Notes: generated from the sequence alone by a model not told the origin. DNA of 64,000 nt from Candidatus Hydrogenedentota bacterium (GCA_045863335.1 BTVY01000032.1:20591-84590), one strand, 5' to 3'; shown: positions 44,806 through 56,274, counted from the stretch's first letter. Translations and numbers: made by a program.

Positions 44806-45975
44806 GTGACCATCCAGGAGATTCTCGCTTCAGAGGAGACCCGCAAATACGAATTTCCTGTCACCCAGGAGCGCGTCTTTCTGGCCCATGCGGGGGTGTG
44901 CCCTCTGCCGCGGTGCGCCTGTGAGGCGATTGAAGAATTCTGCCGCCGCGGGTCGCGGCACGCCCAGGAAACGGGTTGGGCGAACGGGCAGGTCCTTGCG
45001 GCGCGGCAGGTGAGCGCCCGCGTATTGGGGTGTTCGCCGGACGAAATCGCGTTGCTGGGTCCGACCTCGCTGGGACTCAGCCTAGTGGCGAACGGCATCC
45101 CGTGGGAGCCCGGCGATGAGGTCGTGTATTACCCGGACGACTACCCGGCGAACGTGTATCCGTGGACCGAGCTGGAGCGGCGCGGCGTCCGGCCGGTTGC
45201 GCTTGCGCCCGAGCGGCCCGGGGCGATCGCGTGGGAGACGGTTGAGGCGGCCCTGACGCCACGCACGCGGTTGGTCACTTTGGCGACCTGCAATTTCCTG
45301 AGCGGGTACCGGGTCGATGTCAATGATATCGGACGTCGATTGCGGGAGCGGGGAGTCCTGTTTTGTCTGGATGCGATTCAAACGCTGGGCGCTTTTCCCT
45401 TGTTAGTGGAGCATGTGGACTTTCTGAGCGCCGATTCGCACAAGTGGATGCTCGGTCCTGCCGGGGCTGGTATCGTTTACATCAGAAAAGAGCGTCAGGG
45501 CCTGCTTCGGCCGTCGCTTCTCGGGAGTTGGAACGTGCGTTCCCCGGAATTCGTCGCCCAGGACACGATCGAATTCGAGCCGGGTGGCCGGGGGTACGAG
45601 CCGGGAATGCTGAACCTGCCGGGCATCATCGGCATGACGGCGGCCCTGAAGCTTCTGGAAGATGCCGGTATCGACCAGGTCGCGGGGCGGATCCTGGAGC
45701 TTCGACGTGAATTGGTCGAGCGACTACTTCCGCTCGGATTCGAAATCTACGGGCATGCCGACAATCACCCCGAGTCGTCAACGTCCGGAATTCTCACGGT
45801 TCGCCATCCGACCAAAGAATTGAAGCCCGTTGCGCAGGCCTTGGAAGAGGAAGGGATCACGGTCTCGTGCCGGCAGAACCGCGCGGGAGACATGTTCTTG
45901 CGCTTTTCGCCGCATTTTTACAATACGAGCGAGGAATTGGATCGTGTCGTGGAGGTGCTGAAGCGTGTCTGCTGA
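44806..45975 (+). CDS. Aminotransferase class V / cysteine desulfurase-like PLP enzyme
   Basis: FLAHAGVCP, LDAIQTLG, SADSHKWMLGPAGAG, LRFSPHFYNT; GGAGG RBS. Confidence 0.92.
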   Translation: MTIQEILASEETRKYEFPVTQERVFLAHAGVCPLPRCACEAIEEFCRRGSRHAQETGWANGQVLAARQVSARVLGCSPDEIALLGPTSLGLSLVANGIPWEPGDEVVYYPDDYPANVYPWTELERRGVRPVALAPERPGAIAWETVEAALTPRTRLVTLATCNFLSGYRVDVNDIGRRLRERGVLFCLDAIQTLGAFPLLVEHVDFLSADSHKWMLGPAGAGIVYIRKERQGLLRPSLLGSWNVRSPEFVAQDTIEFEPGGRGYEPGMLNLPGIIGMTAALKLLEDAGIDQVAGRILELRRELVERLLPLGFEIYGHADNHPESSTSGILTVRHPTKELKPVAQALEEEGITVSCRQNRAGDMFLRFSPHFYNTSEELDRVVEVLKRVC

Positions 45976-46819
45976 ATCCAGCAAGGCCGTCGTAATAACT
46001 GGTGCAAGCTCCGGGATTGGGCGCGCCTGCGCAGAGCGGCTGGCTCGCGAGGGTTTTCGAATTTTTGGAACTCACCTCCCCCAGGAGGGGGCTACCGCGC
46101 TTGAGGGGATGAACGCCATCGTCCCCATCCAACTCGACGTCACCGATTCGGATTCCATCGCCCGTGCGGCGGAGCGGGTCTCCGCGGAATGTGAATCTGG
46201 TTTATGGGGCTTGGTGAACAATGCTGGTGTCGATATTCCGGGTCCTCTGGAGTTCCTGCCCTTGGAGCGCTTGCGGGATCAACTTGAGGTCAACGTCATT
46301 GGACAGATTGCGGTGACCCAGGCTTTTCTCCCGCTCATCCGGAAGGGCCGAGGCCGAATCGTGATGATTGGGAGCATCGACGGGAAGGCGGTGACGCCGT
46401 TTCAAGGGGGTTATGGGGCCTCAAAACACGCGATTGAAGCCTTGACCGACGCGCTACGGCTGGAATTGAGCGCCTGGGATATCCCCGTTTCCGTGGTGGA
46501 ACCCGGCGATATCGCGACGCCCATCTGGGAAAAGTCGCTGGCCTTGGCCGACCGGATGCTCGGCGAACTTCCCGAGAAGGCGCATGACCTGTACGGAACC
46601 CAGATGACTGCGGCGCGCGCGACCGCGGTTAAGATGTCCTCAAAGGCTGCCCCGCCCGACACGGTCGTCCGCGCGGTGCATCATGCGCTTACGGCGCGGC
46701 GTCCGAAGACGCGTTACTTGGTCGGCATGGACGCCCGAATTCGGCTTGCGCTGGAGATCCTGCCGTCGCGCTGGGTGGACCGGTTGATCATGGGGTTCAT
46801 CGCGCGCGGCGGGAAGTGA
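45965..46819 (+). CDS. SDR family oxidoreductase (retinol/17-beta-HSD-like)
   Basis: TGASSGIG, LVNNAG, YGASK, VEPGDIATP. Confidence 0.93.
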   Translation: MSAESSKAVVITGASSGIGRACAERLAREGFRIFGTHLPQEGATALEGMNAIVPIQLDVTDSDSIARAAERVSAECESGLWGLVNNAGVDIPGPLEFLPLERLRDQLEVNVIGQIAVTQAFLPLIRKGRGRIVMIGSIDGKAVTPFQGGYGASKHAIEALTDALRLELSAWDIPVSVVEPGDIATPIWEKSLALADRMLGELPEKAHDLYGTQMTAARATAVKMSSKAAPPDTVVRAVHHALTARRPKTRYLVGMDARIRLALEILPSRWVDRLIMGFIARGGK

Positions 46820-46828
46820 GCGGACAGA

Positions 46829-47287
46829 CTACTCGTAGTACCGGAAGACGCCTTCCGCGACACAGACCGGCTTGTCGCCGCCTTCCACTTCCATGGCGAG
46901 CAGCATGACCACCTGGACCCCGCCGGGAACGTCATCGGCGCTGTTCAGCTTCGCGCGCAGGCGGATCTTGCTGCCGATCAACACGGGGGCCGGGAAGCGC
47001 AAGCGATTGAGGCCGTAGTTCAGGGCCGCGGAAATTCCTTTCACAGTCCAGATCTGGTCCATGAGGTAGGGCACGAGCGACAGCGTATAGTAGCCGTGGG
47101 CGATGGGCCCGCCGAAAGGGGATTCCTTTTTCGCCCGCTCCACGTCCACATGAATCCACTGTTCGTCATGGGTCGCTTTGGCGAAGGCGTTGATCTCTTC
47201 CTGCGTGACTTCATACCAATCCGACTCGCCGATCTCCGTGCCCACAAGCGACTTCATATCGGCGTACTGAACTTCACGTGGCGGCAT
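46829..47287 (-). CDS. MaoC family dehydratase
   Basis: FAKATHDEQWIHVDVERA...PFGGPIAHGYYTLSL, NYGLNRLRFPAPV. Confidence 0.93.
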   Translation of the reverse strand: MPPREVQYADMKSLVGTEIGESDWYEVTQEEINAFAKATHDEQWIHVDVERAKKESPFGGPIAHGYYTLSLVPYLMDQIWTVKGISAALNYGLNRLRFPAPVLIGSKIRLRAKLNSADDVPGGVQVVMLLAMEVEGGDKPVCVAEGVFRYYE

Positions 47288-47365
47288 GGAAACGTTCTCC
47301 TTCGTTGTTGCGCGCCTATATTCCTCATTTGGGCAGGCAAGGTCAACCCCGAGACGCGAGAGACG

Positions 47366-47635
47366 TCATGCGTCGGCCGCCTTCAGCTCTTCTACGAGTG
47401 CAGTGTATTGGTCCATGGCGTCGTCACGGCTGGTGCCGGACAAGGCATTCCATGCGTCGTACTTGGCACGGCCCACGAAATCCATCATGCCGGGCCGGTC
47501 GCCCGTGCAGTCGCCTTTGGTGGCCTGTTTGAACAGGGCGTACAGGCGCAGTTTGACGTCGCTGTCGGGTTCCGTGGAGAGTTTGGTGACTTGATCTTTC
47601 GCACGTTCGAATGCATTCACGCGATCATCGGACAT
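47366..47635 (-). CDS. Acyl-CoA-binding protein (ACBP)
   Basis: KLRLYALFKQATKGD...RPGMMDFVGRAKYDAW. Confidence 0.95.
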   Translation of the reverse strand: MSDDRVNAFERAKDQVTKLSTEPDSDVKLRLYALFKQATKGDCTGDRPGMMDFVGRAKYDAWNALSGTSRDDAMDQYTALVEELKAADA

Positions 47636-47672
47636 GTGGGTTCCCCCTGTGGGTTACGGTTTTTCGCCGCCT

Positions 47673-48458
47673 TTACTGAAACTCCTGCCATTCCGGTTCG
47701 TTCTCGAAAATCCAACGGTAGTACTCGTTGTTTTCCAGTTGCGACGCCGCCGCTTCGTCGACGATGACGCGGCAGTCGGGATGGAGTTGAAGCGCCGTGG
47801 CCGAGATCATGCTTGTCACGGGGCCTTCAACGGCCTTTGCGATGACCGAAGCCTTCTCTGCCCCGGTCACGACCATCAGGCAATGTTTGGAATCCAGAAT
47901 GGTTCCGACGCCCATGGTGATGGCCCGTTTCGGCATTTCGCTGGGATCGGCGAAGAGCGGAGCGTTCTGCTCGATGGTGGTCGGCGTGAGCGCCTTGGCC
48001 CGTGTGCGGGAGAACATTGCGGATAGGGGTTCGTTGAACCCGATGTGGCCCGAACGCCCGATGCCCAGGACTTGCAGATCGATCCCGCCGCAGTCGCGGA
48101 TTAATTGCTCGTAGTGGACGCATTCCGCATCGATGTCTCCAGCCATGCCGTCGGGGAGATTCGTGTTTCGGATGTCGATGTTCACGTGGTCGAAGAGATG
48201 GTGATTCATGTAGTGGCGGTACGACTGGGGATGGTCCGGCGGCAACCCGATGTATTCATCGAGATTAAATGTGGTGAGCAACGAAAAGTCCAAGTCGTCG
48301 TTCCGGTGGGTTTCGACGAGATGGCGGTAGAGGCGCTCCATGGTTCGCCCCGTGGCAAGCCCGAGGACCAGTTTTGGTTTGAGCCGGATCTCGCGGGCGA
48401 TGACGCGCGCCGCGAGGTTCGTTGCCGATTCCGCATCAGGACGAATGATGACTTCCAT
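47673..48458 (-). CDS. nagB: Glucosamine-6-phosphate deaminase
   Basis: VLGLATGRT, TFNLDEYIGL, GGIDLQVLGIGRSGHIGFNEP, AITMGVGTI, ATALQLH. Confidence 0.95.
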   Translation of the reverse strand: MEVIIRPDAESATNLAARVIAREIRLKPKLVLGLATGRTMERLYRHLVETHRNDDLDFSLLTTFNLDEYIGLPPDHPQSYRHYMNHHLFDHVNIDIRNTNLPDGMAGDIDAECVHYEQLIRDCGGIDLQVLGIGRSGHIGFNEPLSAMFSRTRAKALTPTTIEQNAPLFADPSEMPKRAITMGVGTILDSKHCLMVVTGAEKASVIAKAVEGPVTSMISATALQLHPDCRVIVDEAAASQLENNEYYRWIFENEPEWQEFQ

Positions 48459-48651
48459 GAAACCTCTCGCAAAGTTAGACCGGGTTGTGACGCGTCATTC
48501 TACTTTGCGCGGCCCACACCGATCACTCCGGACGATCTACCTGGGTCCCCAAAACGCAATCATCATAAAGAACATTCGCAATTGGCTGGTCGCTCTTTCT
48601 TGACTTATTCGGTGGTCAATTGATAGACGCCTGCATGCGAGCCGATTCTTC

Positions 48652-48756
48652 CGCCCCCGTTCGGGGGTTGTGTGGCGGCGGGTTGGTTGAGTGACCCAGG
48701 GTTCCGCTCGTGCCTCGCTTCACCCTGGGCTATAACCCTCCGCCCCTCCGGGGCTA
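48652..48756. repeat. REP-like multi-hairpin element (cgcccctccggggct / cccaggg...ccctgggcta)
   Basis: A related copy at about 52876-52980. Confidence 0.75.
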
Positions 48757-48811
48757 CGCAAGTAGCGTCCGGTACCAATGGATTCGTCCGCTTCAGCCAT
48801 ACTCCTTGTCT

Positions 48812-48886
48812 TCGGTTTGGTTTTTCGGGCTTGGAACCTTGGGATTTGTTTCGGATTTCGGATTTGGTTGCGGCTATGTCGCGCTA
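48812..48886 (-). repeat. Inverted copy of the 31056-31128 heptamer element
   Basis: gggatttgtttcggatttcggatttggttgcggctatgtcgcgctag. Confidence 0.75.
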
Positions 48887-50500
48887 GGTCGGTTGACTCA
48901 ATGTATGGCGAAGCATGAGCCGGCCGAACCGGCGCCACGGTTCGACCGCGTACTCGCCGATAACCCGGTCGCAGCCTTTGGGCAGATCGCGCTTTCGGCG
49001 CACCACGGCCCAGGCCGCGGGATTTGTTTCGTCGGTGATCCGCAGTCTCAGCTCCTGTGGCGTATCGGCTTCCACGTAGCGAAGCGTTCCCAGTACGGCA
49101 TGATGGTTTTCAGGGAAGTAATTCGGGAGGCTGCGCTGGAGGTAGAAGTGTAGGGGTATCGAAAAGACGCCGGCGGGTTTGGCGCGGCCATCGGCACTGC
49201 GCGGCGTGAACAATACAATGCTCGTATCGAGCTGGAATCGTTGGGCGATGTAGTTGGCCAGCTGCTTCCAATCCGAAATCGGTCGCTTCTCGTAGTGGTC
49301 GGCGATTGCCAGCGCGTGCGCGGGAGACAGCGCCAGCAGGAATGCGGTCAATACGATGAGGGACGCTCTCGAAAGCCTTTGGGCCACAGGCGATTTGGCA
49401 AGCTCGCCAGTCTCCGATCGCTGCTGACGGTATGGTTGCTGACGAAGAGTGCGCGCAACGAATACCGCCGTCGTTACCATCCCGAGTGCGATGAGTAAAA
49501 CGTATAACGGGAGTACGGAACAGAAATACCGTGATGCGTACCAATGACTCGAATGCATGATGAAGAATGGTATGGGAGGAATTAGAAACTGGGCGGCGAC
49601 GATCGCCGCCAGACATCGATCGCGCGCGACCAGGGCGCCGAATCCCACAACCGCGAAAAGTACGAGACCGTAGCGGAAAGGTCCCGGCTCTACAGGCGCG
49701 AAGTCCCCGATGTACCCCGCGTATTGCGGCAGCGTCAATCGAAAGGAGTAGCTGGAAATCCCTTCTTCGTTTTCGTCCGCCATCTCTTCCGCTTCCAGGG
49801 AAAACATATCGATGCTGAACGATCTGTCGGTAGTTGTCGCGATGGCCAATCCGCTGATCGCGCAGACTGTGGCCAGGGAAAAACAGGCGAACTTGCGCCA
49901 AGGCCACTGCCTCCCTTTCGTGACACCGGCGCCTGCGAGCCAAAGCGCCGCGGTTCCTGCCAGCGTAAGAAAGTAGGGGATTACACTGAGTTGTGCGATG
50001 AGCGAGAAGAACCCGGTGACAGCATACCCGATCCAGTTCCGCGCTTCGCCGCGGGTGAGCGCGCGGTGCAGCGTCCATACCATGAGAATGCTGCCCAGCA
50101 TGACCAGCGCGTAGAAGCGGGCCTCCTGGCTGTAGCGGATGTGATAGGCGTTGAAGGTCATCAGCAATACCGCAACGATCCCAGCAGCACGGCCGCCAGC
50201 ACGCGACGCCAGCAGGTACACGGCGGGAATGGTAAGAATGCCCGCGAGAAAGCTGGGGAATCGCAGCGCGATCTCGGAATCGTCGAACCGTAGCGCGAGA
50301 TTGGCGAGCACATAGTAGAGGGGATAGGCGCGGTGGCTCCACGCGTAGAAGATACTGCGGCTCGCGCCTTCGTGTGTGAATACCTCGTCGAGCCATAAGC
50401 TCGCGTCCAATTCATGCCAGCGCAGCATGGCCCCCACAGCCATCGCAGCGAGTAGAAACATGGTGATACCAGAGCGTTGGCGCAATGGTTGGCTACTCAT
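48884..50500 (-). CDS. GT-C fold glycosyltransferase (GT39/ArnT-like)
   Basis: SLWLDEVFT, YPLYYVL, EIALRFPS, YSQEARFYAL; multiple TM helices. Confidence 0.88.
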   Translation of the reverse strand: MSSQPLRQRSGITMFLLAAMAVGAMLRWHELDASLWLDEVFTHEGASRSIFYAWSHRAYPLYYVLANLALRFDDSEIALRFPSFLAGILTIPAVYLLASRAGGRAAGIVAVLLMTFNAYHIRYSQEARFYALVMLGSILMVWTLHRALTRGEARNWIGYAVTGFFSLIAQLSVIPYFLTLAGTAALWLAGAGVTKGRQWPWRKFACFSLATVCAISGLAIATTTDRSFSIDMFSLEAEEMADENEEGISSYSFRLTLPQYAGYIGDFAPVEPGPFRYGLVLFAVVGFGALVARDRCLAAIVAAQFLIPPIPFFIMHSSHWYASRYFCSVLPLYVLLIALGMVTTAVFVARTLRQQPYRQQRSETGELAKSPVAQRLSRASLIVLTAFLLALSPAHALAIADHYEKRPISDWKQLANYIAQRFQLDTSIVLFTPRSADGRAKPAGVFSIPLHFYLQRSLPNYFPENHHAVLGTLRYVEADTPQELRLRITDETNPAAWAVVRRKRDLPKGCDRVIGEYAVEPWRRFGRLMLRHTLSQPT

Positions 50501-52202
50501 GGTACGCCACATTTTCAAAGGGAATTCCTCTTCCGTTCAATACAAGGGTCACGTAACGTTCCTCCGGCACGGGTCCGAACGCGAAGGGCAGTGGTCCCCA
50601 CAGGTCTGTATAGAATCCTGCGCCCAGCGGCCGGCTCATCGTGGTAATCCATCGAGGTCCGGAAAACGAGCCAGCAAACCGCGACGCAATCAACGATTCG
50701 TCCACCGGCCATACACTGGTGTTGTTGATGGGGTTGATGATGGCGTCGCCCGCGCGAAAGTCCGTCTGGCCGTACGCGACCGGTTCAGCGTCCTCGACTT
50801 CCAGGTAGTACTGAAAGCCCCAGTGGCCCTGGAAGTAGACGTTGTGGGAGTAATGGGCCATCTCCCGGCCGAATCGCTGCGCGGCGTCCCGAGCGGAATT
50901 GGCGAGGCGCGCGTCCGCCCATGCGACTGCCAATGCGAGGATCAGAGACGGGACGAGCGGCGCGTACCAGTGCCAGCCGGGGATTCGCTCACCCCGGTCT
51001 TGAAGCATCTCCAGCCTCCTCACGATCAAGATGGCTACGGGCGGAACCATGGGCAGGATGGTGCGCGAGGTCACAGACCAGTTCAGAAACACGGAGAATA
51101 CAAACGTGCCGAGGACCCACAGTACGAGCAATGTTGAATCGGCATCGCGCTTCTCGATCCAGTCGAGCGCGACCACGATCATGACGGTAAGTCCTGCGGT
51201 AGCGAATAAGGCCGCCTGAACCGCGATCCACCAGGACTGTTCGGGGGCGGATTGCGCGAGCATCGTCTGAAATGCCGGCGCTGCTGAGAACAGAAGCACG
51301 ACAATCACCGATACGCACACCGCGACGACGGGCAAATACCGTATCTTAAAGAGCGGCGCGAAGAATACTATCGGGGACATGCATCCGCCCGTGAAGGTCA
51401 GCCCCACGAGAAGCGCCGCCATTCTCCGTCCCGGGGTCTGGCTGGCCCCCGCGTATCCGGCGGCGTTCAGGAGACCGCCGGTGCCGTAGTGAAACCACAT
51501 GACCCATTCGTACGCGATCATGACCAACACCGGAACCGCGAGCGCGGCAATCCACCATCCCGCTTTGCGCAATCGCGAAGCGGTATACACCGCCAGCAAA
51601 GGCACCAGCGCGATCCCGAAATACTTGGTCAAGGCGGCCGCTGCGATGGCAAAGCCCGCGGCAAACAACCACTTGGTGTTGTCGGATTCCAGCCCGCGCA
51701 ACCAGAGGATAATCGCCCAGACGAAGAGCGTCAGCATGGGTACGTCCGACATGACGCTGGAGCCGGACACCAGAACGGCGGGCGTGAAGATCGCAATCAA
51801 TGTGGAGATGACGGGATGGCTGCAGAAGTGTTTCGCCAGGAAATAGATGCCGAGTCCAAGCGCCGCTGCAGGGATCAGAAAGCCCGCATGCAGCGCAAGT
51901 TCACTCCACCCAGTGAACGCGGCGACGACGGCCATGTAGTAGGAAACGAGGGGTGGATTCTTGTTCTCCTGCGCGGCGGATTTGATAAACCCATCCCAAT
52001 TGACGTCGAATCCGTAGAAGTCGAAGGGGTTGGCATGCAGATGTTGCGCGGTCCAGATGTACATGGGATCGTCGATATGAAAGGCCCGCGTCACAAAGGG
52101 AGCCAGGCACAAGACTGGAGCGAGCGCGCCGATCAGCGCGCCCAGGACGATGTTCGATATATCGCGCGGGGTCGCGGAGTTCACGTGTATTCCTTCGTGC
52201 AT
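50493..52202 (-). CDS. GT-C fold glycosyltransferase (GT39/ArnT-like)
   Basis: FHIDDP, NPPLVSYY, MSDVPML, AALTKY; multiple TM helices. Confidence 0.85.
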   Translation of the reverse strand: MHEGIHVNSATPRDISNIVLGALIGALAPVLCLAPFVTRAFHIDDPMYIWTAQHLHANPFDFYGFDVNWDGFIKSAAQENKNPPLVSYYMAVVAAFTGWSELALHAGFLIPAAALGLGIYFLAKHFCSHPVISTLIAIFTPAVLVSGSSVMSDVPMLTLFVWAIILWLRGLESDNTKWLFAAGFAIAAAALTKYFGIALVPLLAVYTASRLRKAGWWIAALAVPVLVMIAYEWVMWFHYGTGGLLNAAGYAGASQTPGRRMAALLVGLTFTGGCMSPIVFFAPLFKIRYLPVVAVCVSVIVVLLFSAAPAFQTMLAQSAPEQSWWIAVQAALFATAGLTVMIVVALDWIEKRDADSTLLVLWVLGTFVFSVFLNWSVTSRTILPMVPPVAILIVRRLEMLQDRGERIPGWHWYAPLVPSLILALAVAWADARLANSARDAAQRFGREMAHYSHNVYFQGHWGFQYYLEVEDAEPVAYGQTDFRAGDAIINPINNTSVWPVDESLIASRFAGSFSGPRWITTMSRPLGAGFYTDLWGPLPFAFGPVPEERYVTLVLNGRGIPFENVAYHE

Positions 52203-52294
52203 CGAGCTTGGCCATCGCGCGGACTGGACCGCACGCCGCCGTAGCGCGTATCATTCCTGAAGCAGGTCAAACCAATCACAAGATCCAGCGGCAC

Positions 52295-52783
52295 ATGATA
52301 GACGATTCCTGGTACATACGCACGAGCGGTCTTGCGGAAGTCACCTCGGCGGGCGGCGTAGTCCTTCGCCAAGACGGCGGACGTATTTCCGTTGCGCTTA
52401 TCACCGAGTTAGACCATCCCCACTACGTGTTGCCGAAGGGCCACGTCGAGGCCGGCGAAAGCATGGAGGCCGCCGCGCGGCGCGAAGTGGGGGAGGAGGC
52501 AGGGCTTCACGAATTGACGTTGATCCGGCCGTTGGGAGCGCGCCAGCGGCAGAATCTTGAACGCACGAAGTGGAAGACCATTCATTGTTTTCTCTACACG
52601 ACTGATGAAGTCAAATTCGACCCGATTGAAGGCGACAAGCATCCCGATGCGGGATGGTTTCCGCTGGACGAATTGCCAATCTTGTTCTGGCCGGACCAGC
52701 GCGAGATGCTGGCGGAGTTGCTGCGGCTCATCCACTGCCAAGGCCTCGAATCGCTTTCGCTCGCTGGGCAGCAGGAGAACTAG
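52295..52783 (+). CDS. NUDIX hydrolase
   Basis: SAGGVV and the Nudix box LPKGHVEAGESMEAAARREVGEEAGL. Confidence 0.9.
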   Translation: MIDDSWYIRTSGLAEVTSAGGVVLRQDGGRISVALITELDHPHYVLPKGHVEAGESMEAAARREVGEEAGLHELTLIRPLGARQRQNLERTKWKTIHCFLYTTDEVKFDPIEGDKHPDAGWFPLDELPILFWPDQREMLAELLRLIHCQGLESLSLAGQQEN

Positions 52784-52875
52784 CGCTCCTGGCGTTTCAG
52801 CTAAGAAGCCGGTACCGATTCTCGGACGCCTCAAGGATCGCGAGTTGATCAGATAGCCGTGACAAAGGCTGGAGC

Positions 52876-52980
52876 AGCTATTCTACCGCCCCTCCGGGGC
52901 TTCGCGAACACAGAGAATCGGCCAACCCAACGTTCCGCTTCGCTCCACATTGGGCTACAATCTTTCGCCCCTCCGGGGCG
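52876..52980. repeat. REP-like multi-hairpin element
   Basis: cgcccctccggggc occurs twice, flanking cccaacgt...acattggg; same family as 48652-48756. Confidence 0.75.
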
Positions 52981-53214
52981 GAGAAGGCGCGACGTTTCCA
53001 GTACGTGAGTGAATTCGATCAGCCCGACGATGCCCCGGCTGAGTGGACATTAGTTCCCCGGGTCTGCTTGGCTTCCTTTTCCGCAAGATGTCCGAGAATC
53101 ACTACCGGATATTTAGTCCGCCAGTTGGATTCTGGTATACTAGACAATATCCTGGATCCAAGATCTCTTCATCAACTCCCTTTCGACTCTTTGTGGAAGA
53201 CGTAACGGCACACC

Positions 53215-53973
<759 letters not shown>

Positions 53974-53999
53974 GCGCGCCACGCAAGGTGGGCGAAAGC

Positions 54000-54770
54000 T
54001 TATTCAAAGATCTCCGTGAAGAACTGCCGCATCGCCTCCCAGGATCGACGTGCCGAAGGCTCGTGGTACATGGCCATGCCTTCCATATTTGCGTCGGGGT
54101 CCGTGAAGCTGTGCACAGCGCCGCCGTAGAAGATCATCTGCCAGTCCACGTTCGCGTTTCGCATTTCATCCATGAACGCGGAGACTTCCTCAGGCGGGAC
54201 GGCCGGGTCGTTCGCGCCGTGAAGTGCCAACACCTTCGCCTTGATGTTATTTGCATCTTCCGGCGTCGGCGTTCCGAGCCCGCCATGGAAGCTCACCACC
54301 CCCTGAATCGGTTCGCCGCTCCGGGCTATCTCCAACACCGTCGTTCCGCCAAAGCAATACCCGATTGCGGCGATGCGATCCTTGTCCACCAGTTCGTGAT
54401 CGCGGAGCACCTTGAGGCCGGCCAAGGCCCGTTGGCGCATCTTGGGCCGGTCGCCCTTAAGCGCTCCGGAGAGCTGCATCGCTTCATCCCGGTCCTTCGC
54501 GTACACCCCCTTGCCGTACATGTCCAGGGCAAAGCCGACGTACCCGAGTTCGGCGAGCTTGCGCGCGCTGTCTTTCGCCTGGTCGCCCAGGCCCATCCAG
54601 GCATGCACGACAAGCACCCCGGGCCGCTTTTCCGTGCTTGCGTCGTCGTACGCGAGGTAGCCTTCCAGGACTGTATCTCCATCGCGGTATTCCACGTTCT
54701 TCGTGACAATCGCGGCCATCGCCGGGATGGCCAGGAATGTGAGCGCCAAGCAGAGTCCAAGCGTTTTCAT
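54000..54770 (-). CDS. Dienelactone hydrolase family protein (exported)
   Basis: AAGGAGG RBS, signal peptide, GYCFGG, SFHGGL, HGANDP, AVHSFT. Confidence 0.92.
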   Translation of the reverse strand: MKTLGLCLALTFLAIPAMAAIVTKNVEYRDGDTVLEGYLAYDDASTEKRPGVLVVHAWMGLGDQAKDSARKLAELGYVGFALDMYGKGVYAKDRDEAMQLSGALKGDRPKMRQRALAGLKVLRDHELVDKDRIAAIGYCFGGTTVLEIARSGEPIQGVVSFHGGLGTPTPEDANNIKAKVLALHGANDPAVPPEEVSAFMDEMRNANVDWQMIFYGGAVHSFTDPDANMEGMAMYHEPSARRSWEAMRQFFTEIFE

Positions 54771-54836
54771 GATAGAGACCTCCTTGCAGTGGACACCATT
54801 GTGACGCAGAACGGAGCAAAACCGCAACGTGGTCTC

Positions 54837-56198
54837 TTAGTGGGTGGTCTGTTCGAATTGGATCCGGCGGAAGGCCGCCAGCGGGCACGTGACACTCGTC
54901 ATGTAGACGGGGTTTTGCCGGTGATTGTCATCGGGGTGCATGCATTCCCAGGGGGAACCGAACTCGGGACCCTTGCGAAAGTCGCCTTCCCGCAATTCGG
55001 CGACATACTCCGCCGCCAATTGCGCCGCAGCCTCGGTGTCCACCTGCGCGATGGCGTAGCAGACCCAACCTACGGGCGTGCCCCAGTACGCGCCGTTCTG
55101 ATACCGGTTCACCGGCACGTCCGTCGACTCCCATGCCGTGGTTACGCTGAAATCATCTGTCGTGAGCACGTGGCGCACGTTTCCACGCCACGCCAGCGTT
55201 CCGTCGTGATAGGCCTTGGCAAGACGCTCGCATGCCGCGCGCGTACGCTCCGGAGAGAAGGCGCCGATGTACACGCCGAAGGCGGTGCCCCAGACATCCG
55301 GCTGCGCGCTCTTCCCGGTTGACGCGCGATACAACCCATTTTCCAGCGCGAATGTTTCTTCAATCGCAGTCCGCAGGCGCGCGCTGTCGCTGGTGTATCG
55401 TTTCGCGATATCGGGTTCGTTCACTTGCGTTGCCAATCGAGCGAGTTCCTCGGCGGCGCGCAGTTTCAGCAGCGAGCAAAACAGGAGATCGCCTGTATGG
55501 ATGATGGTGTCCACAAAGCCGAACGTAACTCCTCGCGACTCCTCGTCGGCGTACACCAAACCGGTATCCGGGCGGGACGGGGGCATGGCATAGGCTTCCT
55601 GCAAACGGGTCAGCAACGACTTGTTTCGGACCAGTTCATGAAGGATCTCCGCGTTCCCGGTGACCTCCACGTATTGCGTCGCCATGTGGACGAAGAAGAA
55701 GGCATCGTCGAGACAGGGTAGCTTGCCCCAACGCGGTCCACCCTGGCCCTCGTAGTCCTCCAAAGTGCCGGGGTAGAAGATGGGTTTGTTGCCGAAGCTG
55801 ATATGGTCTGGGATGGACCCGGGTGTCACGACGCTCCCGCTCGGCAGCGGCCATTCGCCGTCCTGCTGATGGGAAGCCGTAAGCAGGAGCATATGCCGCT
55901 GCTCCTCCGGCGTCACCATGCCTGACTCCAGCGACATGGCATAGTCGCGAATCCAGAATGCGGGGTAACAGTCTCGTCCGCCCGGGCGAATTACCGTACC
56001 GCCCGTCACATTTGGTCCGATAGCACCGACCTTTTCTCCAGGGCGTACCCGTGAAGCTTCCACTACGTCCCGGGTCAGGTCTTCGAGAAAGGCGAGGTCG
56101 CCGGGCGGCAGAATCCCTTGTGCGAAGACCGGTCCGAGTGCGGTACTAAGCCAGACAATTGCCGTAAGCCCAATTGGTCTAAGATATTTGCAATGCAT
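54837..56198 (-). CDS. Secreted six-hairpin (alpha/alpha)6 glycoside hydrolase-like protein
   Basis: GGAGG RBS; YPAFWIRDYAM, GFVDTI, YQNGAYWGTPVGW, PWEC. Confidence 0.75.
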   Translation of the reverse strand: MHCKYLRPIGLTAIVWLSTALGPVFAQGILPPGDLAFLEDLTRDVVEASRVRPGEKVGAIGPNVTGGTVIRPGGRDCYPAFWIRDYAMSLESGMVTPEEQRHMLLLTASHQQDGEWPLPSGSVVTPGSIPDHISFGNKPIFYPGTLEDYEGQGGPRWGKLPCLDDAFFFVHMATQYVEVTGNAEILHELVRNKSLLTRLQEAYAMPPSRPDTGLVYADEESRGVTFGFVDTIIHTGDLLFCSLLKLRAAEELARLATQVNEPDIAKRYTSDSARLRTAIEETFALENGLYRASTGKSAQPDVWGTAFGVYIGAFSPERTRAACERLAKAYHDGTLAWRGNVRHVLTTDDFSVTTAWESTDVPVNRYQNGAYWGTPVGWVCYAIAQVDTEAAAQLAAEYVAELREGDFRKGPEFGSPWECMHPDDNHRQNPVYMTSVTCPLAAFRRIQFEQTTH

Positions 56199-56274
56199 GT
56201 TGTCCTCCGCCGAAACATTGTAGAATAGAACCTGCACGCGCTGCACGTGCTTGCATGCCATACGGAGAGTACCT

